Shown here piece by piece: positions 37,940 to 51,085 of a stretch of DNA of 64,000 nucleotides. The DNA comes from Podarcis erhardii (Eukaryota), in assembly GCA_964252035.1 (NCBI GenBank), contig OZ176208.1. One strand, given 5' to 3'. The translations under genes were made by a program, and so were the position numbers. Below the pieces are notes generated by a model, which was not told the DNA's origin, searched no databases, and was given only the letters and a program-made list of their open reading frames with translations. Numbering within the stretch: position 1 is the stretch's first letter; each line of letters opens with the position of its first letter.

Positions 37940-38453
37940 TGTAAATCCCAGCTCAGTGATACGTACCCTGGGGCAAGAGCCATTGGATCATTCAGAAAGT
38001 TGTTCCTGCTTCCCTGTCACACCTGCTCTTCCAAAATTGGTACCCCTCAAACACTGGGCTTCTTTGCTCAGAGGATGTAACAGGTGATGCAGCACACTCT
38101 AAGTTGCAGAGGCCGGTGATTCGGATTTGCATATGCTCATTTATATGTATAGATGCCTCTAGACAAATTAAGATAGTGGATGTTTAAGGTCTCACGGGAA
38201 CTGTGGTTTGTAATGTGCCTGGTCACCAAAGGTCTTTTTTTAAATGTAGGTGATCCCGGCCTCTGGCGCTACTCTCTAGCAATGCCCATGGGTTTCAGCT
38301 TATCCTATATTGATTGCCTCCCAGGGATGGAGGCGAGAGTCACATCAGTTTGCATTTCAATGTGAATCTATTTCACACTTCAAATGTGTGACCCAAAATG
38401 CAGCTATCCTTTGAAATTCACACATTTCCAAATTTTGAGCTGCAGCTCTCCAC

Positions 38454-38497
<44 letters not shown>

Positions 38498-40555
38498 GAA
38501 GTGTTCATAACAGTACAGATACTGTGACAATAACATAAAGCACATTTCATTAAGGCATATTGTTTGCAAAAAAAACCAAAAACAAGTATGCCTATTAGTC
38601 ACTACTGCTCTACGCTGCTGTTTATGACATCAAAACGATTTATATTTCCTTTTCACTGTGATATTTTTGTAACCCACCCTGGGACCATTTGGTTAAGGGT
38701 GTGTTTATAAATACAAACGATGAATATGCAAATAAAATTTGCATGCAAAAATGTGTATATTAGGAGAGATACGCACTCTGAAATGCTGATAAATTTGTGG
38801 GGTGTTTTTTTAAAAAAGACACAAACTGATGTGGGAATGTGGGGAACTGATGCTAAGACTGGAAAAATGAGAAAAATAGAGAAACTGAAATGGGAGAATT
38901 CACCAGTGCCTACCCCAAACAGTTTCCACAGGTTTATCATGTGCCAATGATGGGCAGCTAGCCTATGAGCCATGATTTAAAAATTACTACATAGTATTTC
39001 TGCAGGTCATTGCGGGAAGTTTAAATCATGGTCCTGAGTGGGTGTGTCAGTCATCAGCCCCAATGGGAATCCATACCCATATCTAAAGAGTTGCTTTAAT
39101 GTAGCCATATGGCTGCTTGATGCCAAGAGAAATTGCAAATCTAGAAACATTGCAATCCAATCAACACCTGAAATAGTATTTTGTTTTTCTACTAGAAACT
39201 TCCGATTCATTAAATATTCGAGTAATAATCTAATGTGTAATATAGAATATTGAAGGTTACATCACATTTCATTGCCACAGAAACAATTGTGCAAAGTGGG
39301 TTTATTCAGGTTAACAGTGGATGGCGTTAGGTATTTTAGTTTATTCAATACCATAAAGCATACCATGGTGTTTTTTTTCTTAGTGACAGTGTGTAAAACA
39401 TAAAAAAATGCTGATGTTTCCCCATTTACAAGTCACCATTAGCAATACATTATTCATTGAATTATTCCATGAATTCATTGAAAGCGTAATAGAACTTTCA
39501 CAAAGGCTGTTCTCTCCCTTATAAAAATGGTATGTAGCTCAGTACAATAAAGCACTTCTAAAGTTGTAGCTATTCCCCACACATAGCATTTTATTACAAT
39601 AGAGTAATTGTCAAAGGTATATCTTTAGGTGAATAGGCTGACAGTAATATACCAAATAATTCCAATAAAACTGCCTCAAATGAACGGTGAGATTTTAAAG
39701 CTGAATCTGTTAACATATAATGTGCTGCTTCATATTTAAGACTTAGACTAGAAATTACCATTTTAAGGTATTTTGGAATAGTTTTATGAACTGATCTCAT
39801 TAGCATCAGCATTCAGATGATTATCCTAGAATCCTAGGTGTGTAACCTGGTGTCTGTAGCAGCTAGCAGAAACTAATTCAGTCTGAAATCTCAATCTTGG
39901 AACTGAATCTAAACACTGACCTTAAGGCTACACTACCCAGCCTAATTTTTATGTTCTTATATTTCTTCTTCCCTGCAACCAGTGGGCAACAGTCCCAAAC
40001 ATTGCCACTATTTTGTAACCATCTGCTTAGCTCTAATAAATATATTGGTCAACTGTTGGCGATCCTTACTGTTTATCAGTGAGCAGGGTTAACATGGAGG
40101 TCATGTTGCTGCTGCTATGCTCTAACAGTCCATCTTATACTACATTTTCTCATGTGAAGGATGCAGATTTACTGATAAAGCTGTCATTGGGCATGTACAT
40201 ATTTTCTTTGTCTTCCATCTATAGACAGACATGGGGCTGGTTTGGATGTAATGCCTAAACCAGGGGTAGAAAACTGGTGGCTGCCTAGATGCTGTTGGTC
40301 TTCAACTCCCATCAGCCCCAGCCAGCATGGTCCATAGTTTGGCAATATTTGGAGAGCCACAGGAGCTCTACCATAGTTTAGTGCTTTGAGAATCAGCCCA
40401 GTCTCTCCCGGGAGGCTAAGAACCTCTTCTAGTTCAGCCACAAGGAGTTCTTCAGAAGCTATTGCTTACATTTGTTCTTAAATGAAGCTTGGACAAACTG
40501 CTGGGGCAACCCATTGCCAGAGTAGGCCTTGTCTCCACAAACATGGGCTCTGTAG

Positions 40556-41319
40556 TGTAGAGAGTAGCAGGTGGGGTGCTCTAGAAGGCTAAGGCAGGCA
40601 AGGGTCCACAGCCCAGCTTACTAGCTGGCCAGGTGGGGCTCGCTAGCTCTGGAAGGAGATGTGATTCTTCAGCAGGAGTAGGCTTGGAGCAGATGAAGGT
40701 CACATGCCTCATCAAGCCCAGATGCTCAGTCAGCATGCAAAGTATAAAAGGGCAGCAGAGCTAAGGTGCTGCGTCATCTCAACTGCCCACATTGATGGAT
40801 CTCTGTGTTCCAGGATCTCTACAGGACTGCTTTCCTTTGGGCATGTGGATTGACCCTGGACTGGAGACTTGAAATACTGTTTTGCTGCCAGGTAGGACAA
40901 TGGGCTTCTCAGAAACAAGTAATGCAAGACAAATCTCATTTCTTTATAGCAACATTTTTGATGGATCAGAGGAATGCTTAGGGTGTAATGTATCTTGATT
41001 TCAGTTAGGCTTTTGACAAAGTCCCCCATGATATTCTTGCAGAAAAGCTAGTAAAATGTGGACTAGGCAAGGTAACTATTAGGTGGCTTTGTAGCTGGTT
41101 GACTGACCGCACTATTGTTTCCTCATATGCCTGGGGAAAAGGGACAAGTGGGGTGTTGCAGGGTTCTGTCCTGGGCCTGTTGTTATTTAACATTTTTATA
41201 ATCAGTGTTACCTGCACTGTTACTTGCCTAAATAAACATCCTTTTGTAAGAGACCATACTTGAGTGTTTTTGGGGTGGGAGCCAGGGTAGTTAACTGATC
41301 ACTTCAGTTTACTTTGACA
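40556..41319 (+). mobile_element. Possible LTR-like element interrupted by a CR1 fragment
   Basis: TATAAAAG at about 40743, AATAAA at about 41231, and a ...TTTGACA end. No TSD found. Confidence 0.3.
40900..41200 (+). mobile_element. Internal CR1 reverse-transcriptase fragment (no 3' end)
   Basis: Degenerate YLDFS.AFDKVPHDILAEKL...GV.QGSVLG.LLFNIFI motif. Confidence 0.85.
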
Positions 41320-42520
41320 CTGAGAAACTGTAATAGTAGCTAGTCTACAATGGAGATTAAAGTAGCATTTTGCATGATCTATAACAGACAGTTTTTGAAT
41401 ATTGGAAAATTGACTTGTCTCTTTGCTGGTTACATTAAAAATAAAAGATCACCCCTTGGCTCTGGGAAGCAGAGTAGGCCAACATTTCAAGCCCTCTACA
41501 CTAGTATGATGTTTGGCTGTGATCCTAAACACATTTTCTTGTAAGCATGCTTGAAAAATGATTTATTTATGAATAAATCCCATTGTGGTAAATAGGTTTT
41601 ACAAGAACATTCCATTTCAGTCCTAAAGGCATGAATGCTACAGTACTGCACCCCTTAAGCTGTGACTGAGACACTTCAGAATAAGCAGTCTGTGGATCAT
41701 ATGATATCTCCCTTATAACATTTGGGTTTGTGTGTAGTCTGAGGGAAAATATCCAAATTCTCTCTATTATTGAAGCACTGGTTCTACAGCCTGAATAGAA
41801 CATGCTATATATGCAGAATTTTTGCTAGACATATATGTGGGAAGACACTAAAACCCACAGTCCTAATAGACTTGTGAGATTTTAATGAGGCACTGCTCAG
41901 TTTTTTTTTTCTGATGCAGGGGGCTAGAAACTTGCTTTTAAAATATGAGATTTTAGAATCATAGGATGTTCCACTTTTGCACTGCAGTTGCAGAAGATTG
42001 AACATATGTACTGCTGATTGCAGCCAGCCTGGTCCATAAACCACATAATTTTCCTGATTTTGGTTGATTGGCTATCATGAAATGGGTAACTTAATCCTAA
42101 ACACATTCATGGCTGCTGGTGTGTTCCAATGTTCTTCCAACAAGAGGTAGGCTGGGATGTTCCCACCTGTCAACCGTTAATATCCATATTCTGTATTCTT
42201 CTTTTACTTTTTTATTGTATGTTTTAGAAATTGTTGTAAGCTATAATCTTCTATTTTATAATTATGGAATAAAATTCACCCGCAAAATAACACCTGAAGA
42301 GACAGTGCCTAAGAGTGGGAAGCTGTGACGAGTACCGATTGAAACACATCATACCTGTTATTTCATAGCAGATTGCCCACACTTGCAAAATGTTTTGCAC
42401 TGGGCTCTGCTAGTGGCACTGATTGGTGAGCAAACCCTGTTTAGCACTGCCATTTCTTTTACTGCCCCACATGCCTATGACAAGCCTGAAAACAGGACCT
42501 GAACATTCTCCCCTTCTTAA

Positions 42521-42777
42521 AAAGGTAAAGGGACCCCTGACCATTAGGTCCAGTCGTGGCCGACTCTGGGGTTGCGGCGCTCATCTTGCTTTATTGGCCG
42601 AGGGAGCCGGTGTACAGCTTCTGGGTCATGTGGCCAGCATGACTAAGCCACTTCTGGCGAACCAGAGCAGCGCACGGAAACGCCGTTTATCTTCCCGCCG
42701 GAGCAGTACCTATTTATCTACTTGCACTTGACGTGCTTTCGAACTGCTAGGTTGGCAGGAACTGGGACCCAGCAACA
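42521..42777 (-). mobile_element. 5'-truncated Sauria SINE
   Basis: aaaggtaaagggacccctgaccattaggtccagtcg... through ...gggacccagcaac. Confidence 0.95.
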
Positions 42778-43414
42778 TTCATTTATTCATTAAATTTCTA
42801 TACTGCCCTTCATTTGAGGATCACAGAGTGCTAAAGGATATAAAAACGCCAACATGCATAACATGTTAAAAAGTTTAAAAGCCATAGCTTCTTTAGTCAG
42901 AGGCCTGGGAGGAGAGGAATATTTTTGCCTGGCCCCTAAAGTATGTAATGAAGGTACCAGGCAAGCCTCCCTGGGGAGAGCACTCTATAAACTGGGAGCT
43001 GCTGCAGAACATTCCCAGCAACTGGAAATTGCTTTGATATGATTAAATTTATAGACTGGTTTCCAGCAGCTGGCCTTTAAGCAGCATAATGCCTCTGACG
43101 GTAGAGCTAGAACATAGACACAAGGGTTAGTAGCTACAGAGAACCTTATCTAATTTGTCTCATCCTGTCTTAAATCTATCTAAGTTGGTGGCCATTGCTA
43201 CATCTTGGGGAAACAAATCCATACCCGCCTCTAAGTGTCCCATTTTAAGTGGGACATCCTGGATCACCAAAGCCAATCCTGGCTTCTGTTTGGATTCTGG
43301 AATTTCCCATTTTTTGTTCTGGTGCTCTAGCATGAGTCCTTGTGCCAGACCAGAAGGTGCTCTGCCACAATCCTGCTGAGCACCAGAGCACCTTCCAGTC
43401 TGGTGCTCCTCCTT
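42771..43414 (-). repeat. Inverted dispersed duplicate of 8876-9540
   Basis: Six substitutions and one 20-nt indel over about 645 bp by eye. The ORF track shows matching 74-aa ORFs at 8911-9135 (-) and 43155-43379 (+). Confidence 0.97.
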
Positions 43415-43416
43415 GG

Positions 43417-43854
43417 TGTTAGAATTCCTGATCTATGATTGCAGTCATGGGATTATTGTCTTTCACATGATGGTATGTTTTGACTCCACAGAGTGGGAAC
43501 TGACAGAGACAGGATGTTTGTATTACTGTGTTCCGTGAAGTGGGACTATTGTCCTTTGTTTTTTTTCTCTTTGCTGTCTGATGCTTAAAAGCGAGGGAGC
43601 CATGTTGCAGTGCTCCGTGTGTGTTTATATGTAAATAAAGTAGATTAGCCAAAATGCTGAGTTGCTGAGGTCTGTCACGCACAAGTTGTGAAGACTTTGC
43701 GGATCCCTAAGTGTGCTGGTGTTGGTTGGCATCGGTCGTTGTGATGTTCGGGCAGAGGAAAGCTTATGAAACTCCCGATCGACCAGGAAGGAGGGAACAT
43801 GCCAGTCAGCCATGTTTCTCTGCCAGGGTCCTACTCGAGTGTAGGCTGTTGACA
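43417..43854 (+). mobile_element. Solo LTR-like element (same family as 37496)
   Basis: TGTTAGAATTCC...TGTTGACA with an internal AATAAA. No matching TSD. Confidence 0.75.
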
Positions 43855-45174
43855 CTCTTGACACTCAGTAGGGGTTCCCCAAAGTGTCTTCTCATCCAGC
43901 ACACTGGAGTGACCCTGCTGATGATCACCAGAGCACCGGATCAGACATCCTGATTTGGGGGACAAAAATATTGGAAAGTATGGGCGAATCTTTAACTATG
44001 TGTTGTGACATTAGATGTAGGCTAAGTGGGCCTGGCTTGGTCAAAACAGCCTCACAGGCCAAATCGAGATGCCAGACATGCCTAATGTGGCCCACAGACC
44101 GCCCCCCTCCAGCATACATGTACGCAGAGAATCCCCTCAAACTTTATTCCCTGTGAATTCAGTAGCACAGTCGTTGGGGGCATTTTGGCTCAGCACATTA
44201 CAGAACTCCAAGTACAAACTCATTTGCCAGTCGGGAGTTGTAAATTTTGCCTCACTGTCATAACTATACTAATGATTATTGCCTTCGGCTTGAAACATGC
44301 TTTCTATTTTCACCACTGGCGGTAGCCTTTCTTCAGCTAATCAGCTCTTTGGCATTTACTGCCAGTTTCTTTTGATTACTTAAGTAAAATTGTGCCTCTG
44401 CTTTCTTCCCTGCCAGGTCAAATGGTAAAAGATATAGTAGGAAAACATCTTACTTTCTAAATACTGCATGACTAAACTCATTAATCAAAGTTCTACTGAG
44501 AATCAACTCGTGTCAGTCCTGCAAACATGAAAATCCTCTTAAAAGATTATCTTGGAAAAATAAAAGAACGACTATTAAATTTAAAAATGTACTGTCGGAT
44601 GAAAAAGACAATGATAAACAATGCCACTAATTTATCTGGGGGAATAAAAGAATCCCTGCAGGATGCACACTGCAAAGGGCGGCGGTTGGTTGGTTGGGGA
44701 ATGAAACAGTCATTCCAACACAGGAAATGTTCATGATAAACACAGGGCCAGATTTAGGTGTTTTGAAGCCTTAAGTATTTTAGATTCAATTCAGTCACTT
44801 AGCTAGGGTGGGAAGTAAGGGCGCCAACCTGCACATAGGGTCATTTCATGATTTGGTGGCCCTTAGAAGTTTGACATATGGGACCCTTCCTGTGTGGACA
44901 TCTGGGCAAGCAAGGAGCCATGGTTGGATGTTACTGTCTTATTTTCCTGGAATATGACATGCCAGAAATGTCTGTTTTGGCACACTGGGTGTTAAAGAAA
45001 ATGGCTGGTAACCCTGGAGAGTTGCTGCCAGTCAGTGCACACAATGCTGAGCTAGATGGGTCAACAGTGGTGTAAGGTCGCTATGTTTAATACTGTTTAT
45101 AAGAAACCTGAATAATGCTAGTTTTGTTGGAATTCCACCCACTTCCCATAGTCTGCTGAACTCCTCCCCTCCCC

Positions 45175-45641
45175 TGTCACGGACTGGTTGGGTACAGAGG
45201 AATGGTGGGAGCAACCAAATGGGGAACCCCTAAGGGAAGAAGGCTCAGAGCCTAAAGAGTGGTGGTGGGAAAATGAGTGGTCAGAGGGAGGAGACTGGGA
45301 AGAGGAGATGTCGGAAGCTGAAAAGGTAACAGGGCTTAGTGAGCTGGGAAGTTTAGAATCAGAAGCTGAAGTGGAGGAGGGAGGCCAAGTGCCAGAAAAG
45401 TCAGGCTGGTGAAGAGTCATGGTTTCCCCCCTCCTGCTGCAACAAGTTCCCCTCCCACCTTGTCTCCCAGAACCAGAAGAGGCATGAAAAGGGCAGAAGA
45501 GAGGTTGGTTGCACACAGACGCAGCCCTGGAGAGGAGGGCACTTAGACCGCTTTGAGGAGGTGGGGACTTTCAGTCTTGACAGCTGATTTTCATGGAGTA
45601 AGACCACTGGGAATCAGCTGCTCTGCTCAATAGGCCTGACA
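45175..45641. mobile_element. LTR-like element (TGTCACGG...TGACA), purine-rich
   Basis: TG...CA termini, no TSD seen. A similar purine-rich segment lies at about 46014-46290. Confidence 0.45.
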
Positions 45642-45746
45642 CTCAACCAAATCCGTTGAGATCATGTTTTTGCTAATAGTTAACTCCAACTTAGAACAGT
45701 GTGATTTACTGCTGGCTTTGAGAACCACCCTAATAATATTACCTCT

Positions 45747-45904
45747 GGTGGGAGGGCATTGCACAGGGTGGGCACCACCACCAAGAAGGCCCTCTGCCTG
45801 GTTCCCTGTAACCTCACTTCTCACAGTGAGGGAACTGCCGGAAGGTCCTCGGCGCTGGACCTCAGTGTCCAGGCAGAACGCTGGGGGTGGAGACTTCAGG
45901 TATA
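45747..45904 (-). mobile_element. L2 internal fragment
   Basis: Reverse complement of the young L2 segment cacttctc..agtgagggaac..ccagaaggccctc. Confidence 0.85.
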
Positions 45905-47669
45905 ATAATAAATCATGAAATATTTGTTCAAAATATTTGCTGCTCTAGGTGAAAGATAAGATGGCACCCCTTGTATCAATGTATATGGAACTAAGCAAAA
46001 GGGTGTCAGGGAGTGTCAGGGCTGTGGTGGAGACAAGGGGGGCAGAGACTGACCCAGGAGAGGGGGCCAGGGGTTTATGGAGTTTGGTGCTACCCATGAG
46101 GCAGGACCCAAGGCAAAGGGAAGAGGAAGAGTCAGAACAGTCAGACAAGGAGCAAGCCAGTCAAATCCCCACCATCTCCTGCCCCACTGTCTCCAAGCCC
46201 CTCCTGGTACTACAAGAGAGAAGGGCAGCGATGACTTCCATGCAGAAGTCTTGGGCTGCATGAGCACAGAGAGAGCAGGGAGAGTTAAGAATTAAAGAAA
46301 GCTTGTTTAAATAAAGATAATACTCCCACCTGATCTTTAATTATAATTAACACCACTTGAAACATCCCCCACACCACATATGGAACTCAACTGAACTAGA
46401 AGTTGAATCTTAATTCAACACTGGCCATGGGTCAGCATCCCTCACCACACCTGAAGGCAGCAAGCTAGCTTAGATGGCATAGGGCAGGCCTTGGAGCACA
46501 TACAGTCCCTTCCACACCTTGCTGCTGGCTCACAACTCCAGCATCAGCATCAGCTGCTTGGGATGGCTGCCTCACTCTGGCCCTAAATATTGAAGATGGC
46601 ATTATTAAATAATTTGGCACAGTTCACTGAGGTGTGTATTATTTGTACCCTATATGGTGCAAGGACAGGAGTCAGACACATTCTTTCTTTTTGCCCCATT
46701 TATTTCAAAGTTGAATTCTGGCCTAGTAAACCAGATGTATAGTTTATAGGCTAAACTGTTTAGAATTCAGCATCTATCGTCTTTGCCATCACATCTTAAC
46801 AGGGGTAAAATGCTCTCCACTCCACTGAAATGGCTTCTTCACCCATCAGGATTATTCAGCTTCCTACAGATCTGCTAACATCAGTCCACAAAGTCTTACA
46901 CATTCACAGATAGATTACTGCCTGCAGTATAGGCTTTTGTTTTCATTCTGCTTGTCTTGCTGGAAAGGTAGGTTCTGTGCAAAGGTTCCTCCAAGGAAGG
47001 GAGCATATTGCAACCCGACCCGTTCAGGACACAGCAAATAGGTTTGCCAAGGTGATGAAAATCTACTTGCAAGATGAAAAGGCTTCCAGCGTCTGATGAT
47101 GCTGGTAGCAGAATGGTCTGGTTTATTTAAATATTTTGCATGAGAGAAACTCCAGCAATCATTCCCACCTTTCAAATGTTGTAGCTTTAATATATGGTAT
47201 CACACACACCTACACAACAACTGAGGCGTGAACAACTGAAGTGTGTATTTTACCCACTATCGCTTTTACCTACGGCACAATAACCAATGTGTGAATGATT
47301 TGTTATGTTACTCCTACAAAAGCATAATCATTAAGCATGCTTTTTGAAAAATCATTTGCTCTGTGTTCATATAGGCTCTGTGTTCAGAATAGCTGAATGC
47401 AGTGATCTATTGATTATGTAGAACGATACAGCGCCAATGAAGAGGTTCCCATGGAAATCGGCTCAAAGAGTCTGTAGGGAACAGGGTCCAGATCTGTGGA
47501 TGCTCTTGGGAAGTTCTGATGCTCCAGTGGTTTTCCCCCACTCATCTATATCATCAGACCATGCGGTGGAAAAAAGACAGAAGCAACTCAGTTCCCTCTC
47601 CACTAATTCAGTAGCATTTCTCAGAGCGCTCATAGGAACTTACAATTCATACTATTGGCACATCAACAG

Positions 47670-47805
47670 CAATATTGCCTACACTGACTGACTGGCAAGG
47701 GTTTCAGGCAGGAATCTTTCTCAGCCCTACTGGGAGATCCCAGGGATCAAAGCTAGGGCCTTTTGTCTATACAGCATGTCCTCCGCCACTGAACTACATT
47801 CCTTC
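47670..47805 (-). mobile_element. tRNA-derived SINE (Squam2-like), degenerate
   Basis: On the minus strand, gtagttcagtggcggaggacatg (A-box-like) head with a cctgcctgaaaccc...gccagtcagt body. Related copies at about 15200-15300, 29395-29490, 45010-45085, 55495-56220 (split) and 63225-63310. Confidence 0.6.
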
Positions 47806-48021
47806 CCTGAGTAGCAGGCTGCTGGAGTTGCCTACGGGCCATTATTATTATGAATCTCCCCCAATGCTGTGACATAGAATCTCTGCAGTATGATTAAAAC
47901 AATAGACTTAGCTATGCTGGGCTTAGCTATGTCCACTTCCCTTACCTTGAGAAGAAATGGGTAATCAGGCCTGTGGTTTCTCCAGTCTACCTGAGAAGCT
48001 GTGCGTGAAGAGGTTTGAGCT

Positions 48022-48260
48022 TAGGGTTGCCACATGTCTGGATATAGCTGGGATTTGACCATTGGAAACAGTGTCTGGGTGAAAATCACTGAAATGTCCA
48101 GGAAAATCTGGGCATAGGACAACCCATGTTGGAAGCGTAGAGTTTGGTGAATTTCCTGAAAAATTGCTTCAAAAACTTCTGAGATCTTGCAAAAAAGAAG
48201 AAGTTCAACTGAGCAAAACTAAAAAAAGCTTTTAACAACTTTGTCAAAAATAGCTCTTGA
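48022..48260. mobile_element. hAT-like MITE (TAGGGTTGCCA terminus)
   Basis: Similar in inverted orientation to 53422-53760. Confidence 0.6.
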
Positions 48261-48695
48261 AACATGGCAATCAGTGCTCTTACAAGTCACTCTTGAGTCG
48301 TTACAGAAAAGGGTTTCAACTGTTTAGAGCCAATGGCTCCCTTGATCAATCACATTCTTTCTATAGCTCCCCTGTGGGATACAGGGGAATCCCCACTTAC
48401 ATGGGAGTTCCATTCCAGGGAATTGCGTGCATCACCGGGATGCCCCCCCCCCTTACTTGGATTTGAAGGTTGCTGAGGACCTCCATATTGCTTTGTTCTA
48501 ACCCCCGACTGACTTCACTGGAAATCAATGACAGTCATGACTATCGAATTCAATGGGTCTACACTGAGTAAGATTAACACTGGCTACAACCTAATATAAG
48601 CAGGTTTTTCATACTCAGGGAAGACTCATTAGAGGTCAGTGACCCCCAAGTCAGTCACAGCCCTCAATTTCAATAGGTCTCCTCCTGGATATACA

Positions 48696-49240
48696 TTTTG
48701 TTGTTGTTTAGTCGTGTCCGACTCTTCGTGACCCCATGGACCAGAGCACGCCAGGCACTCCTGTCTTCGGCTGCCTCCAGCAGTTTGGTCAGACTCATGT
48801 TTGTAGCTTCGAGAACACTGTCCAACCATCTCGTTCTCTGTCATCCCCTTCTCCTTGTGCCCTCCATGTTTCCCAACATCAGGGTCTTTCCAGGGAGTCT
48901 TCTCTTCTCATGAGGTGGCCAGCTTCAGGATCTGTCCTTCCAGTGAGCACTCAGGGCTGATTTCCTTAAGAATGGAGAGGTTTGATCTTCTTGCAGTCCA
49001 TGGGACTCTCAAGAGTCTCCTACAACACCATAATTCCAAAGCATCAATTCTTCGGCGATCAGCCTTCTTTATGGTCCAGCTCTCACTTCCATACATCACT
49101 ACTGGGAAAACCATAGCTTGAACTATACGGACCTTTGTTGGCAAGGTGATGTCTCTGCTTTTTAAGATGCTGTCTAGTTTTGTCATCGCCTTTCTCCCAA
49201 GAAGCAGGTGTCTTTTAATTTCATGACTGCTGTCACCATC
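48696..49240 (-). mobile_element. RTE-BovB LINE 3' fragment
   Basis: TKLDSILKSRDITLPTKVRIVQAMVFPVVMYGSESWTIKKA... is BovB ORF sequence. 3' end gtcacgaagagtcggacacgactaaacaacaac; short internal deletion. Confidence 0.95.
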
Positions 49241-50329
49241 AAATGGATAGTCATTTACCTTTAGTCATTATTATTACTACTACCATTCATTGTCCCATTC
49301 ATTGTCCATCTATTACCCACCTATTTCAATGGGTTTCCTCTCGAGCAGGACTCAACAATGCCTACAACCCAATAATGATGAGGATGGGCTTTACCCAACA
49401 AAGTCCTACTCAAGAGTCACTGGGGTCAATGAGTCAAGGCTGCCCTACTATCTTCCAATGGGTCTCCTGCCAAGTACACTGACCGCAGCCTTGGCAGGAA
49501 GAAGTTGTCTTGCGGACACAGTTGCTTGGAACCTTCTAGCTGAACTGGGATTCTTTTTTAAAAAAGAATATTGGGTGGTCTCCAAATACACTGGAGCATA
49601 CCCCCTCAGTATGATTCACTCAGATACCATCCATAGTTACTGGTGATTTAGTTTTGTTTATATTTGCACAGATTTTCTACTTGCAAAATTTTCCTTGCGG
49701 CATTAATGCAATCTCCGTCTTTTCTGGAGGCTCGTTTTGATGGCAAGCAGACTTTTACAAATGTCAAACTCAATAGAGTCACTTCCTCAGCCATGACTAT
49801 ATCTACTCCGGTGGATGGAGCAAAAATGACAAGTCTGCTTCTTTTCTTGGTGCCAAGATTTCCCGGTAGTTTCTCACTGTCAAAAGTTATATGAGGCAAC
49901 AGTAACAATTCATGTTGGGCCACTAGCCTGTGACTCGGAGCTTGACCTTGACATGCTAGCCCTCCAAGGAATACTGTCGCTGATTGAAAAAGTGTCGCGT
50001 TTAATCAGGAGTCAGCACATTGGCCTGTCGCATTTGATAGACATGTTTAATTTGTGCTAAGCAAAAAATGGATTCAGCACCTGAAAAATTATAGCACATT
50101 TTTAGCAAAACGGGGGTTATTACTTTTTTTAAAAAAACATTTCTTTCCTCATTTTCTTTTATTTTCATAATACGTTTCAGAAATACTAAGCAGGTCCACA
50201 GAAGTACAAAACTGAATAGTAATACAGATTTTTTTCATAGTACGCTAAAATACAATTTGAGAATCTAACATATTCTTTTCATTACAATATTAGAGGCTTC
50301 CTGCTCTCATAAAAATGATGCTTTTGGAG

Positions 50330-51085
50330 GAATTACAGAATCTTAGGGTTGGAATGGACTCTAAGGGTCATTTATTCCAACCCCCTGCAATGCTGGAATC
50401 TCAACTAAGGCATCCATGACGGATGAACCTTCAATACTAGAGCGGCTACCACCTCCCAAGGGTGTCCATTCCATTGTCAAACAGCTCTTATCAGAATGTT
50501 CCTCCTGATATTAGTTGGAATCTCTTTTCTTGTAACTTGGAGCCATTGGTTCAGGCCCTACCTTCCAAAGAAGGAGAAAACAAGCTTGCTCCATCTTCCA
50601 TGTTACGGCCCTTTTGATATTTAAAGATGGCAATCATATTTCCTGTGAGGCTAAAAGTATTCAAGTCCCTCGACCATTCCTCATACAGCTTGGTTTCTAG
50701 ACGCTTGATCATATTGGTTACCCTCCACTGCACATGTTCCAGCTTGTCAATATCTGTCGGCTCCGGCTCCCTTTTAAGGCCTGGGAGCTGAGTGGAGTGA
50801 AGCCTTAGCAGGCACAGTCTGCTCCTGAAGCTCTGTCCCCTGTCCTGATGCTGGTTGACCAGTTCAAAAACTGGCCTCTGGAGGGAAATCAGCATCCCCT
50901 GCATTATCCCAGGGGGCAGAGCAACAGCAAACCGACGCAGCATGGCCTTGGGGAGATGGTGGTGCCGCATACTGGGCTGTAAACCCTTCCCACCGCTTGG
51001 AACATGGCGAGTGGGCATTTTTTGCTGCTGCAACACACTGTTGACTCATGTTGAGCTTATGTTAAACTACTAACAACCCTAGATC
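50330..51085 (-). mobile_element. Old degenerate CR1 fragments, interrupted at about 50755-50950
   Basis: CR1 3' UTR (gggttggaat...gtccattcc), DIDKLEHVQWRVT.MIK.LE and SQQC..AAK motifs with frameshifts. Confidence 0.85.

Noticed and set aside
39007-39812. Protein-like minus-strand ORFs (GVDWIAMFLDLQ..., MLMLMRSVHKT...)
   Set aside because: Length is expected by chance; splice signals are inconsistent with the frames and no domain is recognised.
8911-43379. Duplicated 74-aa ORF as a gene pair
   Set aside because: Both ORFs are read from the duplicated cargo across CR1/MITE remnants and use a TTG start.
8741-43414. A large inverted segmental duplication or composite transposon spanning 9-43 kb
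   Set aside because: Inverted similarity is confined to about 900 bp and to independent TA-flanked MITEs; the intervening flanks are not homologous.
47164-47212. Minus-strand VCVIPYIKATTFERWE* as a terminal exon
   Set aside because: Poor polypyrimidine tract, very short, and no recognised homolog.
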